From an uncultured Clostridium sp. (lineage in GTDB: Bacteria > Bacillota > Clostridia > TANB77 > CAG-508), in NCBI GenBank assembly GCA_947574235.1, contig CANPIU010000001.1:23185-87184 (forward strand): a stretch of DNA of 64,000 nucleotides. The letters are read 5' to 3'. A program made the position numbers and the translations under genes. The notes under the pieces were generated by a model. The model was given only the letters and a program-made list of their open reading frames with translations, was not told where the DNA came from and made no database searches. Every line of letters begins with the position of its first letter. Position 1 is the stretch's first letter. Below are positions 31,682 to 41,759 of the stretch, one piece after another.

Positions 31682-33759
31682 ATGAGGGTAAAAGAAAGTA
31701 AAGGTATTACATTAATTGCATTAATTATAACGATTATCATTTTATTAATTTTAGCAGGAATATCAATAGCAACTTTAACAGGAGAAAATGGAATTTTAAA
31801 AAAGGCAAGTAGTGCTGGGGAGCAAACTAAAATTGCAGAATATAAAGAGATACTGATAATAATAGGAAATGGTTTACGTTCAGAAAAGATACTAGAAGAT
31901 TTAAGTACCAAAGAATATATGGACCGATACCAAGATGCAATTGAAAAAGAGATAGAAAAAGGAGATACCTTTGAAGGTACTGAGGGAGAAAGAAAAAATG
32001 ATGCAACCATAAAAGTAACTACAAAAGAAGGGTATGTATATTTAGTAACAGAGGATGAAGTTAGATATTTAGGAAAAAAAGGAGAAACAGCACCGCCAGC
32101 ATTACTAGAAAATGATATTGAATTAAAATTAACACCAAGTGGTTATACGAATGGAAATGTAGAAGTAGAAATTATAGCTAAGATAGACTTAGAAAACAAT
32201 AAGTTACAGTATTCAACGGATGGCATAAATTGGTCAAATTATACAGAAAAGATAATTGTACAGGAAAATGGAACGATTTATGCTAGGCTGATTAATGAGT
32301 TAGATGCAACGGGAGGAAGTGCAACGAAAAATATAACAACAATAGATAGAATAAATCCAAATGCAGCAACAATTAGTTTTAATGTTAACACAATAGCAGC
32401 TAGGGAAAATGTAATAGCAACAGTTACACAAAGCGATAGTTTAAGTGGTGTAGATATTAAAAATTGTCGATATGTATTTACGACAAGTAATACAGCAATA
32501 GGGACAAATGATGTTTCAAAATATAATGGAGGAGGATTTACGAAAGAGACAGAAGATAAATTAACTTTAACCGGCCCCAAAGCAGGGAATTATTATCTTC
32601 ATGTGTTAACAGTAGATAATGCAGGAAATAAAAGAGAAACAATATCAGGCAAAGTGACATTTGAATTTAATTCTAATGTAGAAAGTTTAATACAAGGTAT
32701 AGAAAGTTTAGATACTGCTGGATTTTATACAATGGTGGTAAAAGAAGTAACCTATAATGTTCATATGTATTATTTTAATGGAAACCAAACATGGACAGGA
32801 ACAAAAACTTTTGGAGATAGTAGTGATGTCGGAACAGCAAGTACTAATGCAAATAGAATGGTGGTAGTAAAAGTTAATGGAAACTTAACAATTAATTCTG
32901 GAGCAATTGTACAACCTTATTTTACGAATTATGGAGGACCAAAAGGATTTTTAATATATTGTACAGGAATACTAACCAACGATGGTACAATTGCAAATAA
33001 TCATGGAGCTAAAGCGATAGGAGAAAATGTTTATTTATGGAAAAGTAATAAAGGAGTTTATCAAACAGTAGATGCCGTAGGAGGAGTAGGTGCAGGTTCT
33101 GTTACCTCTTCTGGATACTATAAAGGCTTAGCAGGTTTACCAGGAGGAGCAGGGACTAATAGAAAAACTGGAGGAGGAGGTTCTGGTGCGAGTGCTACTT
33201 ATGATACAATGACATGGGCATCAGGGATAGGAGCTTCAGGGACATCTTATTCAGGAGGACCAGGAGGAGCTCGGTACTTTCAGTTCATATAGTGGTGTAT
33301 CTGGAATGGAATTATTTAAAGGACAATCAAATGGGCGGAGCAGGAGGAGCATCTAGAGAAGGTAATGGTCATAGTAATAATGCTACTAGAGGAGCAGGAG
33401 GAGGAGCTGGAAATCCAGGAGGTTCTGGTTGGGCAGTTAGAGGGACTTCATATAATGGTTCAAATGGAACAGGAGGATTATTAATCATATATGCTTCAGA
33501 ATTTAAAAATCGAAACTTAATTACAGCAACTGGTTCAGCAGGAGGAGATGGTTGGAGAGCAGGAGGAGGAGCATCTGGAGGAGGCAGTATTAATATATTT
33601 TATAATAAAAATACTTCTAGTAGTACGTCATCAATTATAGCAAATGGTGGAAATGCATCTAACGGCTTAAGAAGTGGAGAATCAGCAGGAGGAGGGGCAG
33701 GAGGAAATGGAACTGTGACAAAAGGAAGTATTTCAACAGGGGAATTTAAAGTAGAATAG
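31682..33759 (+). CDS. paralogous pilin-like surface protein with Gly-rich C-terminal repeats; two +1 events at in-frame CGG 33272-33274 and 33336-33338
   Basis: first ~135 codons ~95% nt-identical to 29712 gene; ...SGGPGGA(CGG)->GTFSSYSGVSGMELFKGQSNG(CGG)->GAGGASREGNG...GGxGG repeats; joins ORFs 31682..33292 and 33214..33759. Confidence 0.5.
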
Positions 33760-33876
33760 AACTAAATTCATCACAGTATAAACAATAACGAACATGTTGA
33801 AATTTAGATTTTGACATGTTCGTTGTTTGTTAAATAGTACTAATCATTCATAACTATTCTATCTGGAAATAGTCTA

Positions 33877-35094
33877 TTAAAACCCAATAATTTCATTATA
33901 AATTTGCATAGCATAATTATCTGTCATACCAGAAATAAAATATAAAATAGCTTGATAAAAATCTTGAATATTAGTATCTTCAAAAAGCACAGAGTTTTTA
34001 TAGACAGAAGATTTTCTATCTGGATAATCGTAAAAACTATATAAAAAGCTTGAAAAGTCCTTATATAGAGTAGGATAAAATTTTTCTAAAGTTTTAATAG
34101 ACGAAAAAACACTTTTACCATCAAAGCAAGACTTCAAAGTATGATAAATTTCCGTTAAAACCACTTCAAAGTATCGATTAGAAGGCTTAATTCTATCCGA
34201 AAAATAAATATTCTTATAGTTAAATTCTTTAATTTTATTCATTAAGTGAAAAGCATCATCAGAAAAGCACAAGCCTTTTTCAGGAGAAGAATTTTGGCAT
34301 AAATCATCAACTAAATAATGAATAATATTAGAATTGTTTAGCATATTATCTTTTCGATTGTAATTTAACAAGCTATATAGTTCATCCAAATGTTTATCTA
34401 AAATACCGAGAGTAATAGCATCTTCAATATCACGACCAAGATAAGAAATTTTATCAGATATCTTAATAACACATGCTTCCCAAGTATAAGGAGAAAATTG
34501 ATTTGGATATTGATAATCAGACAAATCAATAAATTCGTCCCTTGGTTTAATACCATTTTCGTCAATTTCACCACAATGTGAAATAATACCATCCCTTACA
34601 CCATAAGTAAGGTTTAAATTTTGCTTATGTTTTTCACTATCTTCTAATAATTCTATGTTATCAACGAGATTTAATCCATTTTTTTCATGCCAAAAAGGAA
34701 AACCTAAGTCGTTTTTAGATAGATTGGAAAGAATTTTTTCACCGCTATGTCCAAAAGGACTATGACCAAGGTCATGACTAACGGCAATGGCCTTCGTCAA
34801 TTCCGTATTAAGACCTAAATAATTAGCAATCGAATAACTAATGGATTCAACATGAGTAACATGCTCAATTCTTGTACAAATATGGTCATTTTCTGGGGAA
34901 AAGAATACTTGTGTTTTGTGTTTTAATCTTCGATAACTGTTAGAGTGAATAATTCGAGTATAATCTCTTTCGAATTCACTTCTAATATCAGTATTTCTAA
35001 TATATAAAGGTTCTTTTCTTTCTATAATATTTTGCCATTTTGGATTGCTTTCGTTGGCAGCGTAATTTTTAAATAAAGTTTTCAATATTGTCAC
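33877..35094 (-). CDS. HD-domain dNTP triphosphohydrolase (dGTPase-like)
   Basis: 405 aa; RIIHSNSYRRLKHKTQVF, HVTHVESISYSIA, HDLGHSPFGHSGE motifs. Confidence 0.75.
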   Translation of the reverse strand: MTILKTLFKNYAANESNPKWQNIIERKEPLYIRNTDIRSEFERDYTRIIHSNSYRRLKHKTQVFFSPENDHICTRIEHVTHVESISYSIANYLGLNTELTKAIAVSHDLGHSPFGHSGEKILSNLSKNDLGFPFWHEKNGLNLVDNIELLEDSEKHKQNLNLTYGVRDGIISHCGEIDENGIKPRDEFIDLSDYQYPNQFSPYTWEACVIKISDKISYLGRDIEDAITLGILDKHLDELYSLLNYNRKDNMLNNSNIIHYLVDDLCQNSSPEKGLCFSDDAFHLMNKIKEFNYKNIYFSDRIKPSNRYFEVVLTEIYHTLKSCFDGKSVFSSIKTLEKFYPTLYKDFSSFLYSFYDYPDRKSSVYKNSVLFEDTNIQDFYQAILYFISGMTDNYAMQIYNEIIGF

Positions 35095-35216
35095 CTCATC
35101 TATACTATATACAAATAAAAAGAAAAGTGCAAGAAGTTTTTGAATAATGATTGCTTTTTAGAAAATAATTTAGTAAAATCTAGGAAGGAAAAAATAAGAC
35201 TACAAGGAGGAAGGAA

Positions 35217-35339
35217 ATGTTCAACTTAGTAAAAGATGAATTTGACGAAAATTCAGAGGATATCTTACAAAGTATTAATAAAATGTTAGCCGATAAGAAA
35301 AAGAAAGAAGAAAACGACAAAAAAGAGGAAGAAAAATAG
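35217..35339 (+). CDS. small acidic/lysine-rich ORF (40 aa), possible leader peptide
   Basis: RBS caaggaggaaggaaATG; MFNLVKDEFDENSEDILQSINKMLADKKKKEENDKKEEEK*. Confidence 0.2.
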   Translation: MFNLVKDEFDENSEDILQSINKMLADKKKKEENDKKEEEK

Positions 35340-35350
35340 GAGAAACAAAG

Positions 35351-36025
35351 ATGAGAAAATTATTTGTAATCGATGGAACCGATGGAAGTGGTAAACAAAC
35401 ACAGTTTGAAAAATTAAAAGAAAGATTAAAAAAAGAAGGGATAGAATACAAAGTAGTAAGTTTTCCAAATTATGATAGTCCAAGTTCATCTTTAGTAAAA
35501 ATGTATCTATCAGGAGAATTTGGAAAGGATGCCAAAAAAATAAGTCCTTATATAGCCTCTACTTTTTATGCAGCAGACCGTTATGCTACTTTTCAAAAAG
35601 AATACAAAGAGTATTATGAAAAAGGAGGTATTATATTAGCAGACCGTTATACAACTGCTAATATGGTGCATCAAGCAGGAAAAATAGAAAATAGAGAGGA
35701 AAGAAAGAAGTTTTTGGATTGGTTATGGAATTTTGAATTTAATCTATATGGTTTGCCAATTCCAACAGAAGTATTTTTCTTAAATATGCCAGTTGAGAAG
35801 TCTTTAGAACTAATTAAAAATAGGGAAAACAAATTCACACATGATAGTAAAAAAGATATTCACGAAAGTGACCAAAATCATCTAATGGATGCTTATCATG
35901 CAGCTTGTGAAGTGGCAAAAGAATATCACTGGTGCGAAATACAATGTGTAAGAAATGATGAAATTAGAAGTATTGAGGATATTCATGAAGAAATATATCA
36001 AGAGTTTAAAAAGCACATGTATTAA
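35351..36025 (+). CDS. thymidylate/deoxynucleoside-monophosphate kinase family protein
   Basis: 224 aa; P-loop FVIDGTDGSGKQTQ; two DRY motifs (ADRYATF, LADRYTTANMVHQ). Confidence 0.6.
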   Translation: MRKLFVIDGTDGSGKQTQFEKLKERLKKEGIEYKVVSFPNYDSPSSSLVKMYLSGEFGKDAKKISPYIASTFYAADRYATFQKEYKEYYEKGGIILADRYTTANMVHQAGKIENREERKKFLDWLWNFEFNLYGLPIPTEVFFLNMPVEKSLELIKNRENKFTHDSKKDIHESDQNHLMDAYHAACEVAKEYHWCEIQCVRNDEIRSIEDIHEEIYQEFKKHMY

Positions 36026-36159
36026 AAATACAAGAAAAAGAGAGATAGAACGAGAAAAAATAAGAATAAGAACTAAATAAGGAAACTAAGTTAACGGATA
36101 AACTCAAAATCAAACAAAAATAAACCTAAAATAAATTTGGAATATTTAACCAAAAACAG

Positions 36160-36900
36160 TATAATATATATCGATGGTGCATTATTCTAGTCATACAAAC
36201 TTTACGAGGGTGGGGCTAAAAATCCACTAAAGGGCACATCGTTGAAGTTTCTTGTTTATGCGCGAAATGCCAGTTTTGTGTGTATTCAGGGAGTAAAGAA
36301 ATTAGGGTAATATGTAATGGCATACATAGGATTCCCTAGTTTCGCGGAGGCTTAAATGTAGTTCTAAATGTTAAATTAACTAGCCTTTAGTACAAAATTT
36401 AAGTGAAACCTATGTTGCGTGCCAAGACACAAAATACATAGTGTAGCCTGTCTTGAGTGAAAGTATTGGGATTATCTGAAACAAAAATAAAATTTATTTT
36501 GGCCAAATCAATTTTATTTTTAGATTATGAAATTGCTTTTGCAAAAAAGACTAGTAAAGTGAAATAGTATGTTAAGGAAAACTTCTAGAATGTTTGCTAT
36601 GAAAAATAGCTAGGAGGTCTAGGGATTAAGGTACAGATTTAAGTGGCGATCTGGTGTCTATTGTGTCTAATAGATATTTCCCTTAAACGGAAACGGCTAT
36701 AGCAGTAATGCTAAGCGGGAAATAGAGAAATTCAACCAGACCTAAACTGTAAAATTTACTTAGACTTTTACCATCTAACAATCGAAAAGTAATACAAAGT
36801 GATGGGGAGACCTATCACTTTGTTTATGACAATTCCACTTTTGGGACAGGCACTAAAGTGGACATGACCTTTTTAGGGACTGTCCCAAAAGTGGACCGAA
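36160..36900 (+). ncRNA. ORF-free, GC-elevated, highly structured region: candidate large ncRNA (OLE-like?) or complex leader
   Basis: ~900 bp without ORF >60 aa between tmk-like gene and a 4-TM protein gene; multiple helices (cgatggtgc/gcacatcg; gtgatgggg..tatcac; 15-bp perfect IR ccacttttgggacag/ctgtcccaaaagtgg). Confidence 0.25.
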
Positions 36901-36944
36901 GTGGAAAACTGGTTATAAAATTAAAGGAGAGATAAAGAAATAAA

Positions 36945-37517
36945 ATGAGTAATGTGCAAGAAAAAGATAATAAGGAAAAGCAAATGAATAAAAAGGGGAA
37001 TTCAAATATTAAGTGGTTTATCCAAGTATTTATTATGACGTTTATATTATCTATGATATTTTCTTATATATCAGCTAATGGTGTATCACATTTGAATTTA
37101 GTATCTGCCATATTAATATTAGTGTTAGTCATAGGGATAGGTATATTTTTTGATATTATAGGAGTGGCTGTAACGGTTGCTAATGAACATGAGTTTCATG
37201 CTAAAGCGACAAAAAAGGTAAAAGGGTCAAAGGATTCTATTAAGTTAATTAGAAATGCACCTAAAGTGGCTAATATTTGTGCCGATGTTATTGGTGATAT
37301 TTGCGGGGTATTAAGTGGTGCGATTAGTGCTTTGATTGCGATGAAGATAGGGGAACAATTTAGTTTGAATTTTGATTTGCAGTTTTTACTAAGTGCATTA
37401 GTAGCCGCTTTAACGGTAGGAGGAAAGGCTTTAGGAAAGGGAATTGCTAATAGTCAATCCACTAAAATTGTGCATGCGGTTGGGATTATTTTAAATAAGT
37501 TTAGAAGAAAAGATTAA
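36945..37517 (+). CDS. small 4-TM membrane protein (~21 kDa; OapA-like?)
   Basis: 190 aa; four predicted TM helices; immediately downstream of the structured noncoding region. Confidence 0.4.
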   Translation: MSNVQEKDNKEKQMNKKGNSNIKWFIQVFIMTFILSMIFSYISANGVSHLNLVSAILILVLVIGIGIFFDIIGVAVTVANEHEFHAKATKKVKGSKDSIKLIRNAPKVANICADVIGDICGVLSGAISALIAMKIGEQFSLNFDLQFLLSALVAALTVGGKALGKGIANSQSTKIVHAVGIILNKFRRKD

Positions 37518-37523
37518 AAATGA

Positions 37524-37556
37524 GCCAAAAATCTTAAGTTCCCTGTGGTTCTTTTG
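37524..37556 (+). repeat. 33-bp hairpin element copy A (gccaaaaatcttaagttccctgtggttcttttg) just after stop codon
   Basis: second copy with 3 mismatches at 40220-40253; both immediately 3' of + strand genes. Confidence 0.4.
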
Positions 37557-37577
37557 ATATATAGTAAGAGGTGTTTT

Positions 37578-38339
37578 ATGAAAGTTTTAATTACAGGAGC
37601 TTCCTCAGGTATTGGAAGAGATATGGCAAGAGTGCTAGCAACAAAGGGATATCAGTTAACATTGGTGGCTAGAAATGAAGAGGCTTTGGAAGAACTAGCA
37701 CAAGAATTGAAGGAAAAAAATCATATTGAAGTTGAAGTTATTAAAGCTGATTTGTCAAATATAGAAAATTGTAAGGAAATCCACAGAAAAGTAAAAAATG
37801 TGGATATCTTAATTAATAATGCAGGCTTTGGAGATTGTGGAAATTTTTCTAAAACGTCTTTAGATAAAGAGGTTGCAATGATAAATACAAATGTGGTGGC
37901 TTATCATACGCTAATGAAATTGTATTTAATCGATATGAAGGAAAGACGAAGTGGGAAGATATTAAATGTGGCTTCCATAGCTGGTTTTATGCCAGGTCCA
38001 TTAATGGCTACCTATTATGCGACAAAATCGTATGTAGTAAGACTTTCGGAAGGGATAAGAGAAGAGTTAAAGAAGGAGAAATCAGAAGTACAAATTAGCA
38101 TTTTGTGTCCAGGACCAGTAAGGACGAATTTTAGTAAAGTAGCAAATGTTAAGTTTCATTTGAGAGAAGCAGATAGTAGGAAAGTGGCAGAGTATGCCAT
38201 TAAAAAATTGGAAAAAGGGAAGTTTAATATTGTTCCTGGAATAGACGTAAAATTAGCAAGGTTAGGAGCAAAGTTAGTACCATCTTCGTGGATTAGTAAG
38301 ATTACTTATAGAGTACAGAAAAGAAAGTTAGAAAGATAA
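37578..38339 (+). CDS. SDR family short-chain dehydrogenase/reductase
   Basis: MKVLITGASSGIGRDMA Rossmann motif; NNAG; YxxxK (YYATKSY); start chosen at ATG with RBS aagaggtg. Confidence 0.8.
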   Translation: MKVLITGASSGIGRDMARVLATKGYQLTLVARNEEALEELAQELKEKNHIEVEVIKADLSNIENCKEIHRKVKNVDILINNAGFGDCGNFSKTSLDKEVAMINTNVVAYHTLMKLYLIDMKERRSGKILNVASIAGFMPGPLMATYYATKSYVVRLSEGIREELKKEKSEVQISILCPGPVRTNFSKVANVKFHLREADSRKVAEYAIKKLEKGKFNIVPGIDVKLARLGAKLVPSSWISKITYRVQKRKLER

Positions 38340-38391
38340 TTTTTGGCTTGACAAATACAAACAAAAATTCTACAATAGAATTGGTGATAGT

Positions 38392-39618
38392 ATGGAAAAA
38401 CAAATATTACACATAGACGTAAACAATGCCTTTTTAAGTTGGACAGCCGTAGAAAAACTAAAACAAGGTGAACCAGTAGACATTAGAGAAATTCCAGCAA
38501 TCATAGGAGGAGACGAGACAAAAAGGTCTGGAATTGTATTAGCTAAAAGCATGAAGGCAAAAGAGTGTGGTATTCGAACGGCAGAAACAATTTATCAAGC
38601 CAAAATAAAATGCCCTAATGTGCAAGTATTTAGGTCAGATTTTAAAATTTATCAAAAATATTCTGAGAGTTTATACCAATTATTATTGCAATATACTGAC
38701 AAAATAGAAAGATTTAGCATTGATGAGTGCTTTTTAGATATGACAAACTATCTTATGAAGGATAGTTTATTCAATAAGGCAAAAGAAATTAGTAAAAGAG
38801 TAAAAGAAGAACTAGGTTTTACGGTAAATATTGGGGTAGCCAACAATAAATTATTAGCTAAGATGGCATCAGACTTTACAAAGCCAGATAAAATACACAC
38901 TTTATATAAAGAAGAAATTCCTCAAAAAATGTGGCCTTTGCCAATATCGGAACTATTTATGTTAGGCAAAAAAACGGTGCCTAAATTATATAATTTACAG
39001 ATAAAAACAATAGGCGATTTAGCAAAAGCAGATAAAAATATGTTAGAAAAGAAATTTGGAAAACATGGACTTATGATATGGGAATATGCAAATGGAATAG
39101 ATGACGCAGAAGTAAAATATCAAAAAGAAAAACCAAAGGGAATTGGGAATTCTGTTACATTACCACAAAATGTTTCAGAGATTAAAAAACTAGAAGAAAT
39201 CTTATTAGCACTAACAGAGCAAGTAACTTATCGATTAAGAAAGTATGATTTATTAGCTAGTACTGTTAATGTGCAACTAAGAACAAAAGATTTTGAAGAT
39301 ACTTCGCACCAGGCAAAGTTATTGCTAGCAACTTCGTCAACCAAAGAAATTTATGAAAAAGCAAAGGAATTGTTAGAGCAAATGTATCGAAACGGGATGG
39401 CAATTCGATTGGTTGGAGTAAGAGTAGATAACTTAGTAGGAAAAGAAGAACAGCAATTATCATTATTTCAAAATCAGAAAAATGAAAAACAAGAAAAACT
39501 AGATAAGGCAGTCGATGCATTAAAAGAAAAATATGGATATAACATGATTACAAGAGCTGGAAAAATGCAAGTAGGAAACATGATAAAATTAAAAGAAGAT
39601 TTTGGGGATAATCCTTAA
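38392..39618 (+). CDS. dinB: DNA polymerase IV (Y-family)
   Basis: 408 aa; ILHIDVNNAFLSWTAVE, SIDECFLDMT, little-finger region. Confidence 0.8.
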   Translation: MEKQILHIDVNNAFLSWTAVEKLKQGEPVDIREIPAIIGGDETKRSGIVLAKSMKAKECGIRTAETIYQAKIKCPNVQVFRSDFKIYQKYSESLYQLLLQYTDKIERFSIDECFLDMTNYLMKDSLFNKAKEISKRVKEELGFTVNIGVANNKLLAKMASDFTKPDKIHTLYKEEIPQKMWPLPISELFMLGKKTVPKLYNLQIKTIGDLAKADKNMLEKKFGKHGLMIWEYANGIDDAEVKYQKEKPKGIGNSVTLPQNVSEIKKLEEILLALTEQVTYRLRKYDLLASTVNVQLRTKDFEDTSHQAKLLLATSSTKEIYEKAKELLEQMYRNGMAIRLVGVRVDNLVGKEEQQLSLFQNQKNEKQEKLDKAVDALKEKYGYNMITRAGKMQVGNMIKLKEDFGDNP

Positions 39619-39678
39619 CGGTATGAGTGTACGCAAGATTACAACGAAGCGATACTTTGGGGTACGGAAAGGAGAGCA

Positions 39679-40209
39679 ATGATGAAGCAAGAAATACAGT
39701 ACAATGGCGAAGTCATACCTTATGAATTGATAAAATCCAAAATAAAAAATATGTATATTTATGTTAGAGACGGAAAAGTAACAGTAAAAGCACCCTATCG
39801 ATTGAAAGACAAAGAAATTCAAGAATTTGTCAATAAAAAGTCAAAATGGATTTATGATAAATTAAAACAAGAGCCTAAAATAGTAGAAGAAACCATTAAA
39901 CCAGAAGAAGTGAAACGATTAGAGGAAAGCGTAAGAAAAAACATAGAAAAGTATGCTGTCTTGTTAAAAGTAACGCCCAACAAAGTACGAATTAGAGATA
40001 TCAAATATGCTTGGGGAAGTTGTTCTAGCAATAAAAATATTACAATTAGTAAGAGATTGGCTAAAAAGGAAGAAAAGTTAATAGAGTATGTGGTGTTACA
40101 TGAAATGTGTCACTTAAGACATATGAACCACTCAAAAGAATTTTGGCATTTGGTGGAAAGCTTTTTGCCAGAATATAGGATATACAGGGCTTTACTTCAG
40201 AAACATTAA
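39679..40209 (+). CDS. YgjP/DUF45-family zinc metallopeptidase-like protein
   Basis: 176 aa; HEMCHLRHMNHSKEFW HExxH motif. Confidence 0.6.
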   Translation: MMKQEIQYNGEVIPYELIKSKIKNMYIYVRDGKVTVKAPYRLKDKEIQEFVNKKSKWIYDKLKQEPKIVEETIKPEEVKRLEESVRKNIEKYAVLLKVTPNKVRIRDIKYAWGSCSSNKNITISKRLAKKEEKLIEYVVLHEMCHLRHMNHSKEFWHLVESFLPEYRIYRALLQKH

Positions 40210-40219
40210 TGGAAATTGT

Positions 40220-40253
40220 GCCAAAAAGCTTAAGTTCCCAGTGGCTCTTTTGG
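40220..40253 (+). repeat. 33-bp hairpin element copy B (gccaaaaagcttaagttcccagtggctcttttgg)
   Basis: pairs with 37524-37556; ccaaaa/ttttgg stem around cttaag-containing loop. Confidence 0.4.
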
Positions 40254-40339
40254 AAAATTATTGTATATTCCACTTGCGAAGCAAATAGAATTGGGTTATA
40301 ATAAAAGAAACATAAATCAAGTAATTAGGAGAAAAGCCA

Positions 40340-41218
40340 ATGTGGAAGAGAAAAGAATTAAAGGATAAAGCCAAAAAAGTTGTCCATAAGAATTATTGGA
40401 CGGCTATTGTTGTATGCTTTTTAATCGCTTTGTTCACAGGTGAGTTTGGAACTTCTATTGTGGGGGTATGGCAATCAGAAGATACCATGGACCCTAATTA
40501 TGTGATAAATAAAATGGAAGAAAGAGTCGATGAAATTCCAGACGAGAAAATAGATGAATTTTTTACGCAAAGAAATGTAAAAGAAGCTTTAAATGAAACG
40601 CAGATAAAAGTATGGGAAGCTTTGGATGCTAATTTGAATAGTGCAACAAAATCGCAAAAATACATTTTTAAGGTGTTAGATGCTATTACTTCTTTCCAGT
40701 TAGACCAAACAAAATTAGGAATTTTGTTGATAATAGGAGCAATTCTTTCTTTTGCCTTTACAATACTAATTGCAGACCCCCTGATTGTAGGGGGAAAGAA
40801 TTACTTTTTGAAAGCAAGAGAAGGAGAAAACCCAAAAGTAGGCGTGATGGCAGAGGTATTTCGAAAAGAGCATTGGCTTAATGTGGCTATAATTATGTTT
40901 TTACGAAATATCTATAATGCTCTTTGGTATTTGACGATTATAGGTGGTTTTATTAAAACCTACGAATATAGGATGATACCTTACATTTTAGCAGAAAATC
41001 CTACGGTAGAAAGAAAAGAAGCTTTTAGGTTATCCAAACAAATGATGAAGGGAAATAAATGGAAAACTTTTATTTTAGATTTATCCTTTTTTGGATGGAA
41101 TTTCTTATCGGTATTGACGTTTGGCTTGTTGAGTATATTATATGTAAATCCATATAATGCTGCAACAATGGCAGAATTATATATAACGTTAAAAAATAAA
41201 AACAGCACTTTAGCATAG
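40340..41218 (+). CDS. multi-TM membrane protein (DUF975-like)
   Basis: 292 aa; several hydrophobic segments; hairpin aacagcac..gtgctgtt overlaps stop. Confidence 0.4.
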   Translation: MWKRKELKDKAKKVVHKNYWTAIVVCFLIALFTGEFGTSIVGVWQSEDTMDPNYVINKMEERVDEIPDEKIDEFFTQRNVKEALNETQIKVWEALDANLNSATKSQKYIFKVLDAITSFQLDQTKLGILLIIGAILSFAFTILIADPLIVGGKNYFLKAREGENPKVGVMAEVFRKEHWLNVAIIMFLRNIYNALWYLTIIGGFIKTYEYRMIPYILAENPTVERKEAFRLSKQMMKGNKWKTFILDLSFFGWNFLSVLTFGLLSILYVNPYNAATMAELYITLKNKNSTLA

Positions 41219-41391
41219 GTGCTGTTTAAAAAAATTTGATGAGAAAAGACGAAAAAAGTGAGAAAAAGGAAAAATTTGTAAAAAATTAACTAAATAAGGG
41301 GGATTTTGCGACGAAAAATCCTTGAAAACGCAAGGGAAAAGTTGTATGATGAAGAGTGGATTGCACAAAAGAAAGGGGATAAGATTGTAAA

Positions 41392-41676
41392 ATGAACACT
41401 TTTTTCAGCAGCACATTTATCAAACAAGAGGAACTTGAGGAGGCAAGGATTAATTATCCGATTAAATTAGAATATTATAAAATGAAGGAAGGAGAAAAAT
41501 TTGGGATTGAAATTGTGAAAAAAGAATATAGAAAAGAAGGAACACAAATAGATAATGAGCAAAAAGAAAATATATCAGAGGATGAAAAAGAAATTGAAGG
41601 AATTTTGAAAACGTTAGAACGAAATGAAGTAACACCAATGGGATTAGAAGAAATATTAAATGACTTGGTCGTATAA
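41392..41676 (+). CDS. small acidic hypothetical protein
   Basis: 94 aa ORF with GGGGA RBS. Confidence 0.3.
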   Translation: MNTFFSSTFIKQEELEEARINYPIKLEYYKMKEGEKFGIEIVKKEYRKEGTQIDNEQKENISEDEKEIEGILKTLERNEVTPMGLEEILNDLVV

Positions 41677-41759
41677 AACAAGGAAAAATGCGTAAAAAAC
41701 TTGCAAAATGTGAAGAGATACGCTAGAATACAAGGGGAAATAAAATTAAGGAGGATTAC

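Noticed and set aside
29558-32010. Minus-strand ORFs 29558..30151 and 31582..32010 (197 and 142 aa) and many other 60-100 aa antisense ORFs (242..436, 1250..1438, 13771..14277, 35286..35489, 42313..42589, 43333..43725, 63683..63964)
   Set aside because: They lie antisense to well-supported genes, have no RBS and no homology, and are low-complexity. The two longer ones are shadows of the duplicated pilin-like 5' segment.
36200-36330. T-box riboswitch (gagggtgg resembles the T-box core)
   Set aside because: It lacks the full AATTAGGGTGGnACCGCG box, the specifier-loop architecture and a downstream terminator/antiterminator pair. The downstream gene is not an aaRS or amino-acid gene.
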